NCBI GenBank assembly: GCA_964601355.1
Contig: CAZRNB010000001.1
Location: 825 to 64,824, forward strand
DNA length: 64,000 nt
Source of the DNA: an uncultured Pirellulales bacterium
GTDB taxonomy: Bacteria; Planctomycetota; Phycisphaerae; Sedimentisphaerales; Anaerobacaceae
Direction of reading: 5' to 3'
This document shows, piece after piece, positions 1 to 8,959 of this stretch. Under the pieces are notes generated by a model. It was not told where the DNA came from. It made no database searches and worked only from the letters and a program-made list of their open reading frames with translations. The stretch's first letter is position 1, and each line of letters begins with the position of its first letter. The position numbers and the translations under genes are program-made.

Positions 1-228
1 TCTAAGCGCTGCGTTTGCTTCGCGCAGTGACTCGCGTTCAACTGTTAACTGCTTGTTTGTCTCCTGGAGTTTGCGTTCGGCTGAAAGCCGCATTGCCACC
101 GCACTGATGTTTTCAGCCACGGCATCAAGCAGGGTGCGCTCTTCTCTAAGAAACGGCCCTTCGTACAGGGCCGGCTTCTGCTGTGTATAAAATACCTCGA
201 CCTCGCCGACAGGCTCATTGAACATCAT
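1..228 (-). CDS. partial signalling protein fragment (end of a GAF-like module plus coiled-coil linker); runs off the window edge
   Basis: Minus-strand frame is open from 327 to position 1, with the first ATG at 228. Translation MMFNEPVGEVEVFYTQQKPALYEGPFLREERTLLDAVAENISAVAMRLSAERKLQETNKQLTVERESLREANAALR resembles sensor-kinase GAF-end/linker regions. Absent from the ORF track because there is no in-window stop. Confidence 0.35.
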   Translation of the reverse strand, partial: MMFNEPVGEVEVFYTQQKPALYEGPFLREERTLLDAVAENISAVAMRLSAERKLQETNKQLTVERESLREANAALR

Positions 229-691
229 AATCCTGGCAGCCTGCCGGGACTTGCGTCTGGTGTGAGCTGGGCAAGGGCTTCCAGTGCACACGCCAGGTAC
301 AGGCAAGATAAAATCCGCCGTTCCATATCAACTCCTAGCTCTACTTGGTGTTCTATACGGATTTAGCATTAACGTATTGCTTCACCAAATTTTTGTGCTA
401 AGTTCAGTCATCAAATCCCGCCATAAATTAGATGAAAGCAGACTGTCTGAACTTATTTGTTCCTCCAATTACCGATAACCCAGAATATTCAGTGACAGCA
501 ATTATGAAAGCTGTTTGCTGAAAAATTTTCTGATAGATTCTCTGTTAATTTTTCCTTATTCATGCGTCAAATCGTGCCGATATTATACGCACATTCATAA
601 GATGTTTCATCTTAGACATGCAAGCATATGCTGCACCGTGGGATATAGCAAACTTTTGTAGCAAGGCAAAGAATACAAGGAATATAAATTT

Positions 692-1132
692 ATGACAAGC
701 GAACCCCAAAAATCTCGAATTGAGGAATTATCGAAATTGTTCCATGATCGGGCACGTCAGAGTGCTGTAGAGCTTCATCGGCTTCTGCTCTCATTGTCAA
801 CTGGTGCTGTAGCAGTATTCTTTTTTGCTCTAACTATGAAGGTTGACCCTCCGCTGGGCCTCATTCAGAAGATTGCCGTCCTAATGAGCTTGGTTGCTAT
901 GTCTCTTGCAACCGGTGCGGGTATTAGAGCTTTACGTGCGGATATTCTTGTGAATTACTTCTGTGGCAAAGATATGCAATCTCAAGAATGTATAGAAAAA
1001 GAAAAATTCCGCCAGCAAAAGTATAAAAACGAAAAATCGAAAAGTAGGTCACAATGCGTTTTTTTGACCTCATTTGTCATCGGGGTGGTTACTTCTGTGA
1101 TCTATATTGTTCTTCGGGTATTGGGGATTTAG
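692..1132 (+). CDS. hypothetical small membrane protein (3 predicted hydrophobic helices)
   Basis: 146-aa ORF in an AT-rich segment with hydrophobic stretches LLLSLSTGAVAVFFFAL, IAVLMSLVAMSLATGAG and VFLTSFVIGVVTSVIYIVL. No recognisable family. Confidence 0.45.
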   Translation: MTSEPQKSRIEELSKLFHDRARQSAVELHRLLLSLSTGAVAVFFFALTMKVDPPLGLIQKIAVLMSLVAMSLATGAGIRALRADILVNYFCGKDMQSQECIEKEKFRQQKYKNEKSKSRSQCVFLTSFVIGVVTSVIYIVLRVLGI

Positions 1133-1166
1133 TCGGCGTAAGACGAATTTTTGCATACCTTACGAT

Positions 1167-2114
1167 TTACTCGGCAGTCGTAAGATGCTTTTTGAGATCC
1201 GGGTGAAAATGTCCCTCGAAGACTCCTTCAACCGGGCCGATCATCTGGATGCCCCAGTCGTTGTCGATTTCAACCAGCAACGTTCCGCCGGGCATTTTAA
1301 CATTTATGATTCTATCTACAAGTCCCAGCTTATAGGCCGCTGCGGCTGCTGCACATGAGCTGCTGCCGGAAGCAAGGGTATATCCTGCTCCTCTTTCCCA
1401 AATCCGTATCTCGATATTATTTCTGTCGAAGACCTTTAGAAGCTGCATGTTAATGCGATTCGGAAACACCTTGTGATTTTCAACGAAAGGCCCAATCTGT
1501 CGTGCCTTTTTCTCGCTCACCTCCGCCATCGGAATAACGCAATGGGGATTACCAATGGATAAACATGTCACTTTGTACTTATTTTTATTTATTTCAAGCT
1601 CCTCGTTGACAACCTCTCTTTTTTTGCCCGCAACCGGTATCTCGGTGCTGATGAAGGTGACTTTCCCCATACCGATTTTTATTAAGTTTGCAGTGTCATC
1701 TTTTATCTGAACTTCAACAACACCGCCTAATGTTTTGATTTTAAAATTCTTTTTATCGACGTATTTATTTTCAAATAGATATTTGGCAAATATCCGCAGG
1801 CCGTTGCCGCTTTTTTCAGCCTCGCTGCCGTCGGGATTGAAGATACGCAGCCCATATAAGTTTTGAGTTTTGAGTTCCCTCGACTCCGCTCGGGACAGGT
1901 TTGAGTTTTGAGTTTCTTTGATGGGGCCGTATAAAATTCCATCTGAGCCGATCCCATAATTTCTGTCACAAATCAGCCGAATGAACTGCGGCGTCAGCTT
2001 AATATCGTTGACGTTGGGGTCGATAACGAGGTAATCATTTCCAAGCCCGTGGTACTTTTTAAAATGTACTTCCATAGTTTTGCCCCTGATTATCTTCGCA
2101 GAAGTATCGGCCAA
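1167..2114 (-). CDS. dapF: diaminopimelate epimerase
   Basis: Motifs GLGNDYLVID, GIGSDGILYGP, IFNPDGSEAEKSGNGLRIF, SIGNPHCV and ERGAGYTLASGSSSCAAA are typical DapF. Carries an extra repeat-encoded segment (see 1860-1916). Confidence 0.9.
   Translation of the reverse strand: MADTSAKIIRGKTMEVHFKKYHGLGNDYLVIDPNVNDIKLTPQFIRLICDRNYGIGSDGILYGPIKETQNSNLSRAESRELKTQNLYGLRIFNPDGSEAEKSGNGLRIFAKYLFENKYVDKKNFKIKTLGGVVEVQIKDDTANLIKIGMGKVTFISTEIPVAGKKREVVNEELEINKNKYKVTCLSIGNPHCVIPMAEVSEKKARQIGPFVENHKVFPNRINMQLLKVFDRNNIEIRIWERGAGYTLASGSSSCAAAAAAYKLGLVDRIINVKMPGGTLLVEIDNDWGIQMIGPVEGVFEGHFHPDLKKHLTTAE
1860..1916. repeat. in-frame repeat insertion inside dapF: (GTTTTGA)n 7-mer flanks around CCCTCGACTCCGCTCGGGACAGG
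   Basis: Sequence gttttgagttttgagtt-ccctcgactccgctcgggacagg-tttgagttttgagtttc encodes TQNSNLSRAESRELKTQN between the conserved DapF blocks GILYGP and LRIFNPDGSEAE. It shares GGGACAGGTTTG with the pdxA insert. Confidence 0.75.
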
Positions 2115-2133
2115 ATCTCCATAGTTAGGATTT

Positions 2134-2751
2134 TTATACTATAAGGCTTACAAGGACTAACAGCCCGAAACCGGTGATAACTATGCCGGAAATCTTGTTC
2201 AGCCAGGTCAATTTAGCAAAATCCATTTTTTTCAAAAAAATACTCGTAATGCTATTCAATATAAACCACCAAAGTCCGGCACCAATAAACACGCCTCCAA
2301 CTAATACGCCGATTAATGAATATGGTACATTTGTGGTTACTACGCCTAATCCTGCGAATACCGCAGCGAAGATAAGAAATGCACCTGGATTCGTAAGCGT
2401 GAGAATAAATGCCGATACATAATTTCTAAAATAGCTTGTGCCGTTTCCTAAAGCATTTCGTTGCACCGGTCTTGAGCGAAAAAGCCTTACGCCCATATAG
2501 CAGATAAAAAGACCACCCACCAGGCGAAGCCAAAGCTGCTCTTTAATAATAAAATTTAAAATAAACGTCAGGCCGGAAGCTGCAATGAAACCATAAAAAG
2601 CATCGGCGGTAGCTGCTCCCAGTCCTGAAACTATTCCGTGAATCCTGCCCTTATTTAAGGTTCGCTGTATGCAAAGCATTGCGATAGGCCCCACAGGCAT
2701 TGAAATCAGGAAACCTATGAATATTCCTTTAAGAAGGATAATGGTCGCCAT
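2134..2751 (-). CDS. LysE/RhtB-family amino-acid exporter
   Basis: 205 aa, about 6 TM helices. The N-terminal GxxxGxxISxPxGP-like motif (GFLISMPVGPIAMLCI) is typical of LysE translocators. Confidence 0.8.
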   Translation of the reverse strand: MATIILLKGIFIGFLISMPVGPIAMLCIQRTLNKGRIHGIVSGLGAATADAFYGFIAASGLTFILNFIIKEQLWLRLVGGLFICYMGVRLFRSRPVQRNALGNGTSYFRNYVSAFILTLTNPGAFLIFAAVFAGLGVVTTNVPYSLIGVLVGGVFIGAGLWWFILNSITSIFLKKMDFAKLTWLNKISGIVITGFGLLVLVSLIV

Positions 2752-2881
2752 AAATACTACCTCTGGAGTATAGAACGTAAGCTATTCAAATTGGCTGATT
2801 CACTGCTGTTAATAATCTAAACTTTTTTATGTGCAAAGCAATACAGCATTTTATAATTCCTTTGACTCCGTTCCGAATTAT

Positions 2882-3385
2882 TCACACCAATTTCATCTCC
2901 ATAAAAATCATACCATCTACGTCGAAATGTTCATAGGGCGAAATCTCTTTAAATCCAAGAGAGCGGTAGAGCTTTTCCGCGCCAGCCATTCTACGATTAC
3001 TATCCAGGCGAATCGACGTATAACCGAGATTTCGGCCGTGCTCAATAACGGCATTAGCGAGGGCCTTTCCTATTCCCAATCCTCGATATTTGGGTCTGAC
3101 AAAGAGTCTTTTTAGCTCGCATATTCCGCCTCCCACGTCCCGAAGTCCAACACAGCCAGCCGGCTTTCCATCCTTCACGGCAAGCAGCAGACACCCTTTA
3201 TCTGTACCATAAGATCCGGGTAGAAAATTGGCAATTTCCTGCTCATAATTTCGGAAGTACTCTTCAAAGGCGGGTAAGTGCGAACGTTCATGGAAACAGC
3301 TCTTTAGAAATTCCCCGTATTCCCGCCAAAGTATCCGGACCTGCTCAAGATTTTCACCACTTTCCACCATACATAACTTTAACAT
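2882..3385 (-). CDS. GNAT-family N-acetyltransferase
   Basis: Acetyl-CoA motif RLFVRPKYRGLGIGKALANAVIEHGR; 167 aa. Confidence 0.8.
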   Translation of the reverse strand: MLKLCMVESGENLEQVRILWREYGEFLKSCFHERSHLPAFEEYFRNYEQEIANFLPGSYGTDKGCLLLAVKDGKPAGCVGLRDVGGGICELKRLFVRPKYRGLGIGKALANAVIEHGRNLGYTSIRLDSNRRMAGAEKLYRSLGFKEISPYEHFDVDGMIFMEMKLV

Positions 3386-3411
3386 TTCAGTCTATCCTTG
3401 TGCTTTTGGAT

Positions 3412-3858
3412 TCAGCTATCCACTGCCAGCATTTCTTCAAGAATCTCAGCGGCATCCTGAACGAGCCTGGGACATCTCGAAGTATACAGGCCTTTTTCCT
3501 CTGCCTGTTTCCGTCCTTCCGGCGTGCTTATATCACAGCCAAGCAAATCTCTACACATCACGGAGCCGTTGAGAGCCTTGAATCGTCTTGTATATTCCTC
3601 GACTTTTGTGTATGTCTTTGCTTTTGACTGCTTATCTTCAGCCGCGATATTGCCGTATTTTAAACCGAGCACCATCAAAGCGCCTGTTACTGCTCCACAG
3701 GTATCGCCCATGCGCATTCCGCCGCCAAAACCCGTTGCCACTCTAAATGCTTTTTCGCAATCAAGGCTGAACTGTTCACTGTAGCTGCTCAATATTGCCT
3801 GAGAACAGTTAAAACCTTTTTTGAATTTTTCAACCGCCTGTTCAACTTTCACACTCAT
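3412..3858 (-). CDS. C_GCAxxG_C_C family redox-active protein
   Basis: NCSQAIL..., GDTCGAVTGALMVLG and CRDLLGC match the C-GCAxxG-C-C signature. Confidence 0.8.
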   Translation of the reverse strand: MSVKVEQAVEKFKKGFNCSQAILSSYSEQFSLDCEKAFRVATGFGGGMRMGDTCGAVTGALMVLGLKYGNIAAEDKQSKAKTYTKVEEYTRRFKALNGSVMCRDLLGCDISTPEGRKQAEEKGLYTSRCPRLVQDAAEILEEMLAVDS

Positions 3859-3883
3859 AAATCTTCTCCGATTATTAGAAGCT

Positions 3884-4159
3884 CTAAGATTTTTCCTCCT
3901 CGATCTTAAAGATGACCTTAGCCAGGGGATCGGGGCACTGCCATTGGTCTAAAATATCCAAAATACCTTCACCTTTCTGGCTTTTGATAATCGCAGCCGT
4001 AATGGCCTGCAAGATACTGCCAAGGGCGAAGATACATAGACCCTGCGCCGGAGGAAGCTCCAACTTTGCGTTTCTCACATAGAATGTGTCACCTGGTTTG
4101 GAACGGCTGCACTGGCCTTCGACTTTTACACAAGTTATTTTTAAGTTTTTAAATGACAT
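3884..4159 (-). CDS. small TIGR04076-like protein
   Basis: 91 aa. The pattern C-x-GDxF...GLCxxAL...CPD resembles the TIGR04076 family, which is often paired with C_GCAxxG_C_C proteins. Confidence 0.55.
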   Translation of the reverse strand: MSFKNLKITCVKVEGQCSRSKPGDTFYVRNAKLELPPAQGLCIFALGSILQAITAAIIKSQKGEGILDILDQWQCPDPLAKVIFKIEEEKS

Positions 4160-4253
4160 TTTTGGTCTCCTTCATTACTACTTTACTCAAACCGACCGAT
4201 TTACTGAAAAACAATATCACAAGTAGCTATGCAGCAATAATGTAGCACAATAT

Positions 4254-4349
4254 GTCATTCCAGCGCAATGCCTGCCCTGAGCGCAGCCGAATGGGCGGGA
4301 ATCCACTGCTTCGATACGATAAATGGATACCCGCCTTCGCGGGTATGAC
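4254..4349. repeat. composite palindromic intergenic repeat (GTCATTCC...GGGAATCC / GGATACCCGCCTTCGCGGGTATGAC)
   Basis: gtcattccagcgcaatgcctgccctgagcgcagccgaatgggcgggaatcc followed by ggatacccgccttcgcgggtatgac (stem ATACCCGC/GCGGGTAT). The module CCCTGAGCGCAGCCGAA is related to the CTCAGGAC/CTCGGGAC modules at 1880, 13185 and 18145. Confidence 0.6.
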
Positions 4350-4433
4350 AAATTGTACTATTTTGTTGTTAAATAGTCACTTATAGCAATGTCCTATCGT
4401 AAAACGGTCGGTTTGAGTTCTTTAGATATTTCC

Positions 4434-5321
4434 CTAAACCAACTCTCCTTTGGCAACCATTACTACTTTTCCGCCGACGAACACATCTATCTTGCCGCTT
4501 TTCTCTTCCGCCCGCAGATAGAGCAGCGATGGCCTGCCTATTTCATGGCCTTGCTCTACACGAACATCAATTTTGCTTGTTCCGAAGTACCGATACTTGA
4601 CAAGATACCCAGCCAGACAGCAATTCGCACTTCCCGTAGCAGGGTCCTCTTGTATCCCGTAATAGTCAGCAAAGAACCGAACGTTCAAATGATTTTCGGG
4701 CTTATAAGTTTCCGGGCAAAAAACGAAAATGGTTTTCGCCTGCTTATTTTTAGCCCAATCGAAAAGTTTATCTTTGATAACGCCCGCTCTTCTGACAGCG
4801 TCCAATGTCCGAAGCGGCACAAAAACAAAATCAACGCCGACAGAGACCTGCTGGATCGGAAACCTGTCATCGATGTCTTCTCTACGCACCGTCAAAAACT
4901 GAGTTAACTCATCCGCCTTAAATATTTGTCCGAAGGTCGGCTCTATCGGCCTCATCCATAGAAGCTCCTCTCCGTTTGCTTTCCGGTCAAAAGTCACCGG
5001 AATCTGCCCGACCTTCAGATTCAGGATTACTTTGTCGATGGTTTTTTTGATAATTTCTTTCTGTATTATATAAGCGGTTCCAAGGGTCGGATGCCCGGCA
5101 AAAGGCACTTCCGCTGCCGGTGTGAAAATCCGAACATCATAGCCTCCATTGCACTCGGTTTCAGAGACGATGAACGTTGTCTCTGAGTAGTTCATCTCCT
5201 TGGCGATCTGCTGCATTTGGCTATTCGATAAAGAAGCTGCGTCTCGGACTACTGCAAGCTGGTTGCCTGCGTATTTTTCCTCAGCAAAAACATCCACAAT
5301 ATAAAAAGTCGGTTTTTCCAT
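4434..5321 (-). CDS. PhzF-family isomerase
   Basis: N-terminus FYIVDVFAEEKYAGNQLAVV, later FAGHPTLG and DPATGSANCCLAGYL; typical PhzF superfamily. Confidence 0.85.
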   Translation of the reverse strand: MEKPTFYIVDVFAEEKYAGNQLAVVRDAASLSNSQMQQIAKEMNYSETTFIVSETECNGGYDVRIFTPAAEVPFAGHPTLGTAYIIQKEIIKKTIDKVILNLKVGQIPVTFDRKANGEELLWMRPIEPTFGQIFKADELTQFLTVRREDIDDRFPIQQVSVGVDFVFVPLRTLDAVRRAGVIKDKLFDWAKNKQAKTIFVFCPETYKPENHLNVRFFADYYGIQEDPATGSANCCLAGYLVKYRYFGTSKIDVRVEQGHEIGRPSLLYLRAEEKSGKIDVFVGGKVVMVAKGELV

Positions 5322-6026
5322 TTAGTTTCTCTCCGTTACCGGATTCTTTTTGAATCCCCTTCCATTTGGGCAGAGCTTGCGACAATTATTGCAGAGATAT
5401 ATCCGATCGCCCTTCTTGGTACGTCCCTCGCACTTCTCTCTGCAAAGCTTTTGATTTACTCTTTTTCCGTCAAGAGCTCCAGCCGGACAGTTTCTTATAC
5501 AGATTTGACAATCGTCCGAGCAAAAATCATAGTCTGCCAAATCGTCAGGCTCAAGGGTTACGTTCAGTAAGGCTGCACCAAGTGAAATGCGATTGCCAAA
5601 GGTTGTATTTGTCAGCAGTGTATTTCTGCCAAGAATCCCTAATCCGGCCATATATCCGGCGTGACGTAATGAAAGGATGCCTTTACCTTCGCGTTTTTCT
5701 TCGTCCCAATATTCATAAGGCTCACTTGGCACGGGAACCGCAAAGACACCATCTTCCTGCTCAAGCCGGCAGCAAAGTGCACAGGCGAGGTTGATAACAT
5801 CTCTTATTATAACGATACTGGCAACTGTATAAGGAATCGGGCTATTAGACAGGAATGGCCCTTCAGGAAATCTCTTGGCGACAACAACCACTGATTTGGC
5901 GTCCGTATAAATATCTGTCGGCTTGAAACCAACAGGAGCTTCGCGAAAACGGTCCACCGATGCGATTCCACACAAGTCAGCGCCTAATTTTAGAGCCAGG
6001 TTCTTTACAAAATTAGCATTAATCAT
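5322..6026 (-). CDS. 4Fe-4S cluster protein, epoxyqueuosine-reductase-like
   Basis: Cys cluster CSDDCQICIRNCPAGAL plus a second Cys-rich tail. The N-terminal LGADLCGIASVDRF resembles the QueG/reductive-dehalogenase-related family. Confidence 0.55.
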   Translation of the reverse strand: MINANFVKNLALKLGADLCGIASVDRFREAPVGFKPTDIYTDAKSVVVVAKRFPEGPFLSNSPIPYTVASIVIIRDVINLACALCCRLEQEDGVFAVPVPSEPYEYWDEEKREGKGILSLRHAGYMAGLGILGRNTLLTNTTFGNRISLGAALLNVTLEPDDLADYDFCSDDCQICIRNCPAGALDGKRVNQKLCREKCEGRTKKGDRIYLCNNCRKLCPNGRGFKKNPVTERN

Positions 6027-6038
6027 ATTTCCACCTAT

Positions 6039-6176
6039 TTATTTTTTAAATACTGTATCCATCACTTCAAGGGCGAATCATGTTGATACTGTGGCAGGGC
6101 CGACACCCATCTCCATTCCAACCTATACCGCTTTAAGAACTTCCCGCATCGAGGCCCCAGCGTTTGAACCGTGAGC
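6039..6176 (-). pseudogene. decayed 3' fragment of a carboxymuconolactone-decarboxylase (AhpD-like) paralog
   Basis: Nucleotide similarity to 11803-11940. Translation AGASMREVLKAV*VGMEMGVGPATVST*FALEVMDTVFKKK* versus intact AGASMQEVLEAIEVGMEMGGGPATVSARFALEVMDTVFKE*. Two in-frame stops (6123-6125, 6078-6080) and no 5' part. Confidence 0.75.
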
Positions 6177-6298
6177 TGAACGACGCGGCGTAATACTTAA
6201 GGCCAAACGGATTGGATAGTTCTGAGCAGCTCGTGCTACGTAGCTCCCGCAGCTTCGTTTGCGAAGCAAACTGCAGGGGCAGAGTAGCAAAAGAAGAG

Positions 6299-8122
6299 TT
6301 ATCCCAGCTCTTCGGAATCCAGAATACTCATAAAAGCTTCCTGGGGTATCTGTACCGAGCCTATGCTCTTCATACGCTTCTTGCCTTCTTTTTGCTTTTT
6401 GAGCACCTTCATCTTTCGAGTGACATCACCGCCGTAAAGTTTGGCGGTTACGTCCTTACGATAAGCCTTGACGGTTTCCCTGGCAATAATCTTGGCCCCG
6501 ATGGCCGCCTGGAGTGGTATCTCAAACTGATGTCGCGGGATTGACTTGCGAAGCCTGGTTATAAGTCTTCGGCCGCGAGCCTCAGCAGTGCTTCGATGAA
6601 CAATCAGAGAAAGTGCGTCAACAGCGACTTTGTTGACAAGAACATCCATCTTGACAAGGTCGCTCTTTTCAAAATCCATAAACTCGTAGTCCATCGTCGC
6701 ATAGCCGTGGCTTATGCCCTTAAGGACGTTGTAGAAATCATAGACTATTTCAGCGAGTGGTGCTTTGTATTCAAGCATGACTCGGGTTCCACTTATGTAA
6801 TCGGTCTTGAGCAGTCTGCATCGTCGGCTCTCGGCCAGCTTCATAATATCACCTATCGAGTCGCTTGCCGTGACTATCTCCAGTCGAACAAACGGCTCAC
6901 GAAGCTCGGCGACTTTTGTAATGTCGGGCAGCTCGCTTGGAGAATCAATCCTTGTTACCTTGCCGTCTTTAGTCAGGACTTCATAGCTGACAGTCGGAGC
7001 AGTTTGGATGACGTTTATACCATGCTCGCGCTCGAGCCGCTCCTGGATAATATCCATGTGCAGGAGTCCCAGGAAGCCGCACCGAAAACCAAATCCCAGA
7101 GCGGGTGAATTGTGTGCAGAAAAAGAGAAACTTGCGTCATTGGGCGCCAATTTCTCAAACGCTGCCCGAAGTTTGGGATAGTCGGTATTATTACCGGGAT
7201 AGAAATCGGAAAACACCATCTGCATCGGCGGCTTATAGCCGGCCAGCGCCTTGTGAGCAGGTTCAGCGTTATCGGTAATCGTATCCCCAATAGTGACGTC
7301 AGCCAATTCGCGAATATTGGCAATCACATAGCCGACCTCTCCTGTGCCCATTTCGTCCACAGGTTTCATTTTGGGTGTGAACTTGCCTAACTCAGTTATG
7401 GTATATGTCCTGCCATTGCTCATAAAGCGAATCTTCTGCCCAACTCTAAGGCTTCCTGCGAATACCCTGACATAGCATATTACGCCCCTATAGTCATCAC
7501 AGTGACTGTCGAAAACAAGCGCTGCTGTTTGCTCGCGGCTTCGGTCGGGAGGCGGCGGAAGAAGCGTTACTAATGCATCCAGCAGCTCCGGAACCCCCGT
7601 GCCTTTCTTGGCACTGATGTGAAAACATTCATTCTTCCTGATTCCTATTGTGTGCTCAATTTCCTCTGCGACAATTTCGGGCCGGGCCGATGGGAGGTCA
7701 ATCTTATTCACCACGCCAATAAGCTCCACGTTATTTTCAACAGCCAGATGCGCATTGGCAACCGTCTGGGCCTGGACACCCTGGGTCGCATCAACCACCA
7801 GAAGCGCCCCCTCGCATGCCGCCAAAGCACGTGAGACTTCATAATGAAAATCCACGTGCCCGGGCGTATCAATGAGGTTTAGCATGTACTTTTTTCCTTC
7901 GTGCTCGTAGTTGAGGGTGACAGCGGAAGCTTTGATAGTGATGCCGCGCTCTCGCTCAAGGTCCATATCATCGAGTATCTGGTCCTTCTTTTCACGCTCA
8001 GTCACCGCCCCGGTAAGCTCCAGTATCCGGTCGGCCAGTGTGCTTTTACCATGGTCGATATGTGCTATTATCGAGAAATTTCTTATATGTTCTGTACTCA
8101 TCAATATTTCACCAAAATGCAA
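6299..8122 (-). CDS. lepA: elongation factor 4 (LepA)
   Basis: IRNFSIIAHIDHGKSTLADR, DTPGHVDF, NKIDL and the LepA-specific C-terminus. An alternative start is at 8101 (MSTEH). Confidence 0.95.
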   Translation of the reverse strand: MHFGEILMSTEHIRNFSIIAHIDHGKSTLADRILELTGAVTEREKKDQILDDMDLERERGITIKASAVTLNYEHEGKKYMLNLIDTPGHVDFHYEVSRALAACEGALLVVDATQGVQAQTVANAHLAVENNVELIGVVNKIDLPSARPEIVAEEIEHTIGIRKNECFHISAKKGTGVPELLDALVTLLPPPPDRSREQTAALVFDSHCDDYRGVICYVRVFAGSLRVGQKIRFMSNGRTYTITELGKFTPKMKPVDEMGTGEVGYVIANIRELADVTIGDTITDNAEPAHKALAGYKPPMQMVFSDFYPGNNTDYPKLRAAFEKLAPNDASFSFSAHNSPALGFGFRCGFLGLLHMDIIQERLEREHGINVIQTAPTVSYEVLTKDGKVTRIDSPSELPDITKVAELREPFVRLEIVTASDSIGDIMKLAESRRCRLLKTDYISGTRVMLEYKAPLAEIVYDFYNVLKGISHGYATMDYEFMDFEKSDLVKMDVLVNKVAVDALSLIVHRSTAEARGRRLITRLRKSIPRHQFEIPLQAAIGAKIIARETVKAYRKDVTAKLYGGDVTRKMKVLKKQKEGKKRMKSIGSVQIPQEAFMSILDSEELG

Positions 8123-8176
8123 AAAATGTTATATTAACATCTTTTACAGTTAAAAGCAATTTATACTAAACGCTGG

Positions 8177-8449
8177 TTGTGTCCTAATTTGAAAAAAGAT
8201 TGGTACAATCAAACAGAAGAACCCATCAGAGAATTAGTTCGCCTGCTTTGTAATAATGGCTTTAATACGACTTGTTCTTGTGGACATGAGATGTCTGTTC
8301 AAATGGAATGGTATGGATTTGAAGAAGAAATCCGCAGACTTTATAACCCGCTGGGCCAAAACGGCTACAATAATTTTGAATTGCGCATATTTTGGCCCAG
8401 TTCAGGTATTGGTCAGTTTATGGAGGTCAAATTACTTAATGCTAATTAA
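8177..8449 (+). CDS. hypothetical small Cys-containing protein (non-ATG start)
   Basis: 90-aa ORF in the AT-rich islet. Its stop overlaps the convergent HNH gene by 4 nt. No recognisable family. Confidence 0.35.
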   Translation: MCPNLKKDWYNQTEEPIRELVRLLCNNGFNTTCSCGHEMSVQMEWYGFEEEIRRLYNPLGQNGYNNFELRIFWPSSGIGQFMEVKLLNAN

Positions 8450-8727
8450 CCACCATAAGAGCCAGTATTTTCATGGCACGGTATACAAAGGGCTTCGCAG
8501 TTGCTTAGTGTATCGCCACCACCTGCTGCAACGGAAGTTTTGTGATGAGCGTGCCAATTGTGAGCGGTCAAAGTCTTGTTACAACGACCTATATGTCCGC
8601 AAGTTATTCTGGTACATTCGCATTTGCCCCCAGAACGTCTCCATACTTGGTCAATAACAGATTGTGGAAATGCCATATTTTTTTTCTCCTTTAATAATTT
8701 TTTTGATAGAAATATGCGCCCAGCCAC
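8446..8727 (-). CDS. small HNH endonuclease-domain protein
   Basis: CECTRITCGH...HAHHKTSVAAGGGDTLSNCEALCIPCHENT fits the HNH (His-Asn-His, Cys4) motif. Confidence 0.7.
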   Translation of the reverse strand: MAGRIFLSKKLLKEKKNMAFPQSVIDQVWRRSGGKCECTRITCGHIGRCNKTLTAHNWHAHHKTSVAAGGGDTLSNCEALCIPCHENTGSYGG

Positions 8728-8959
8728 ATAACTGAGCGCATGATGTTTGAGCCTTTATAAGCCCTTGTAGGACATAAAAGTCCAATGGCGCTTAAAAGGC
8801 CGAACAAATACAATTTGTTTTGGAATGGCCGGCATCCTTTCCGAGAATCACTTGACTTATAGGGCAGGATAGCCGATAATGATGATAGATATACGGGGCT
8901 ATCCCGCCCCTGCCTAATGGTTTGATTCCCTTATGAACCATTAGGAGTAACAAAATTCA

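Noticed and set aside
284-478. 64-aa plus-strand ORF
   Set aside because: It overlaps the open upstream frame of the edge ORF, and it has no RBS and no recognisable features.
4389-4907. 172-aa plus-strand ORF
   Set aside because: It lies almost entirely antisense to the well-supported PhzF-family gene (4434-5321). The same logic applies to 5366-5794, 6596-7108, 9040-9300, 9412-9669, 33854-34348, 37385-37759, 42301-42792, 46802-47248, 58343-59255, 59360-60543, 61304-61867 and 62191-62721.
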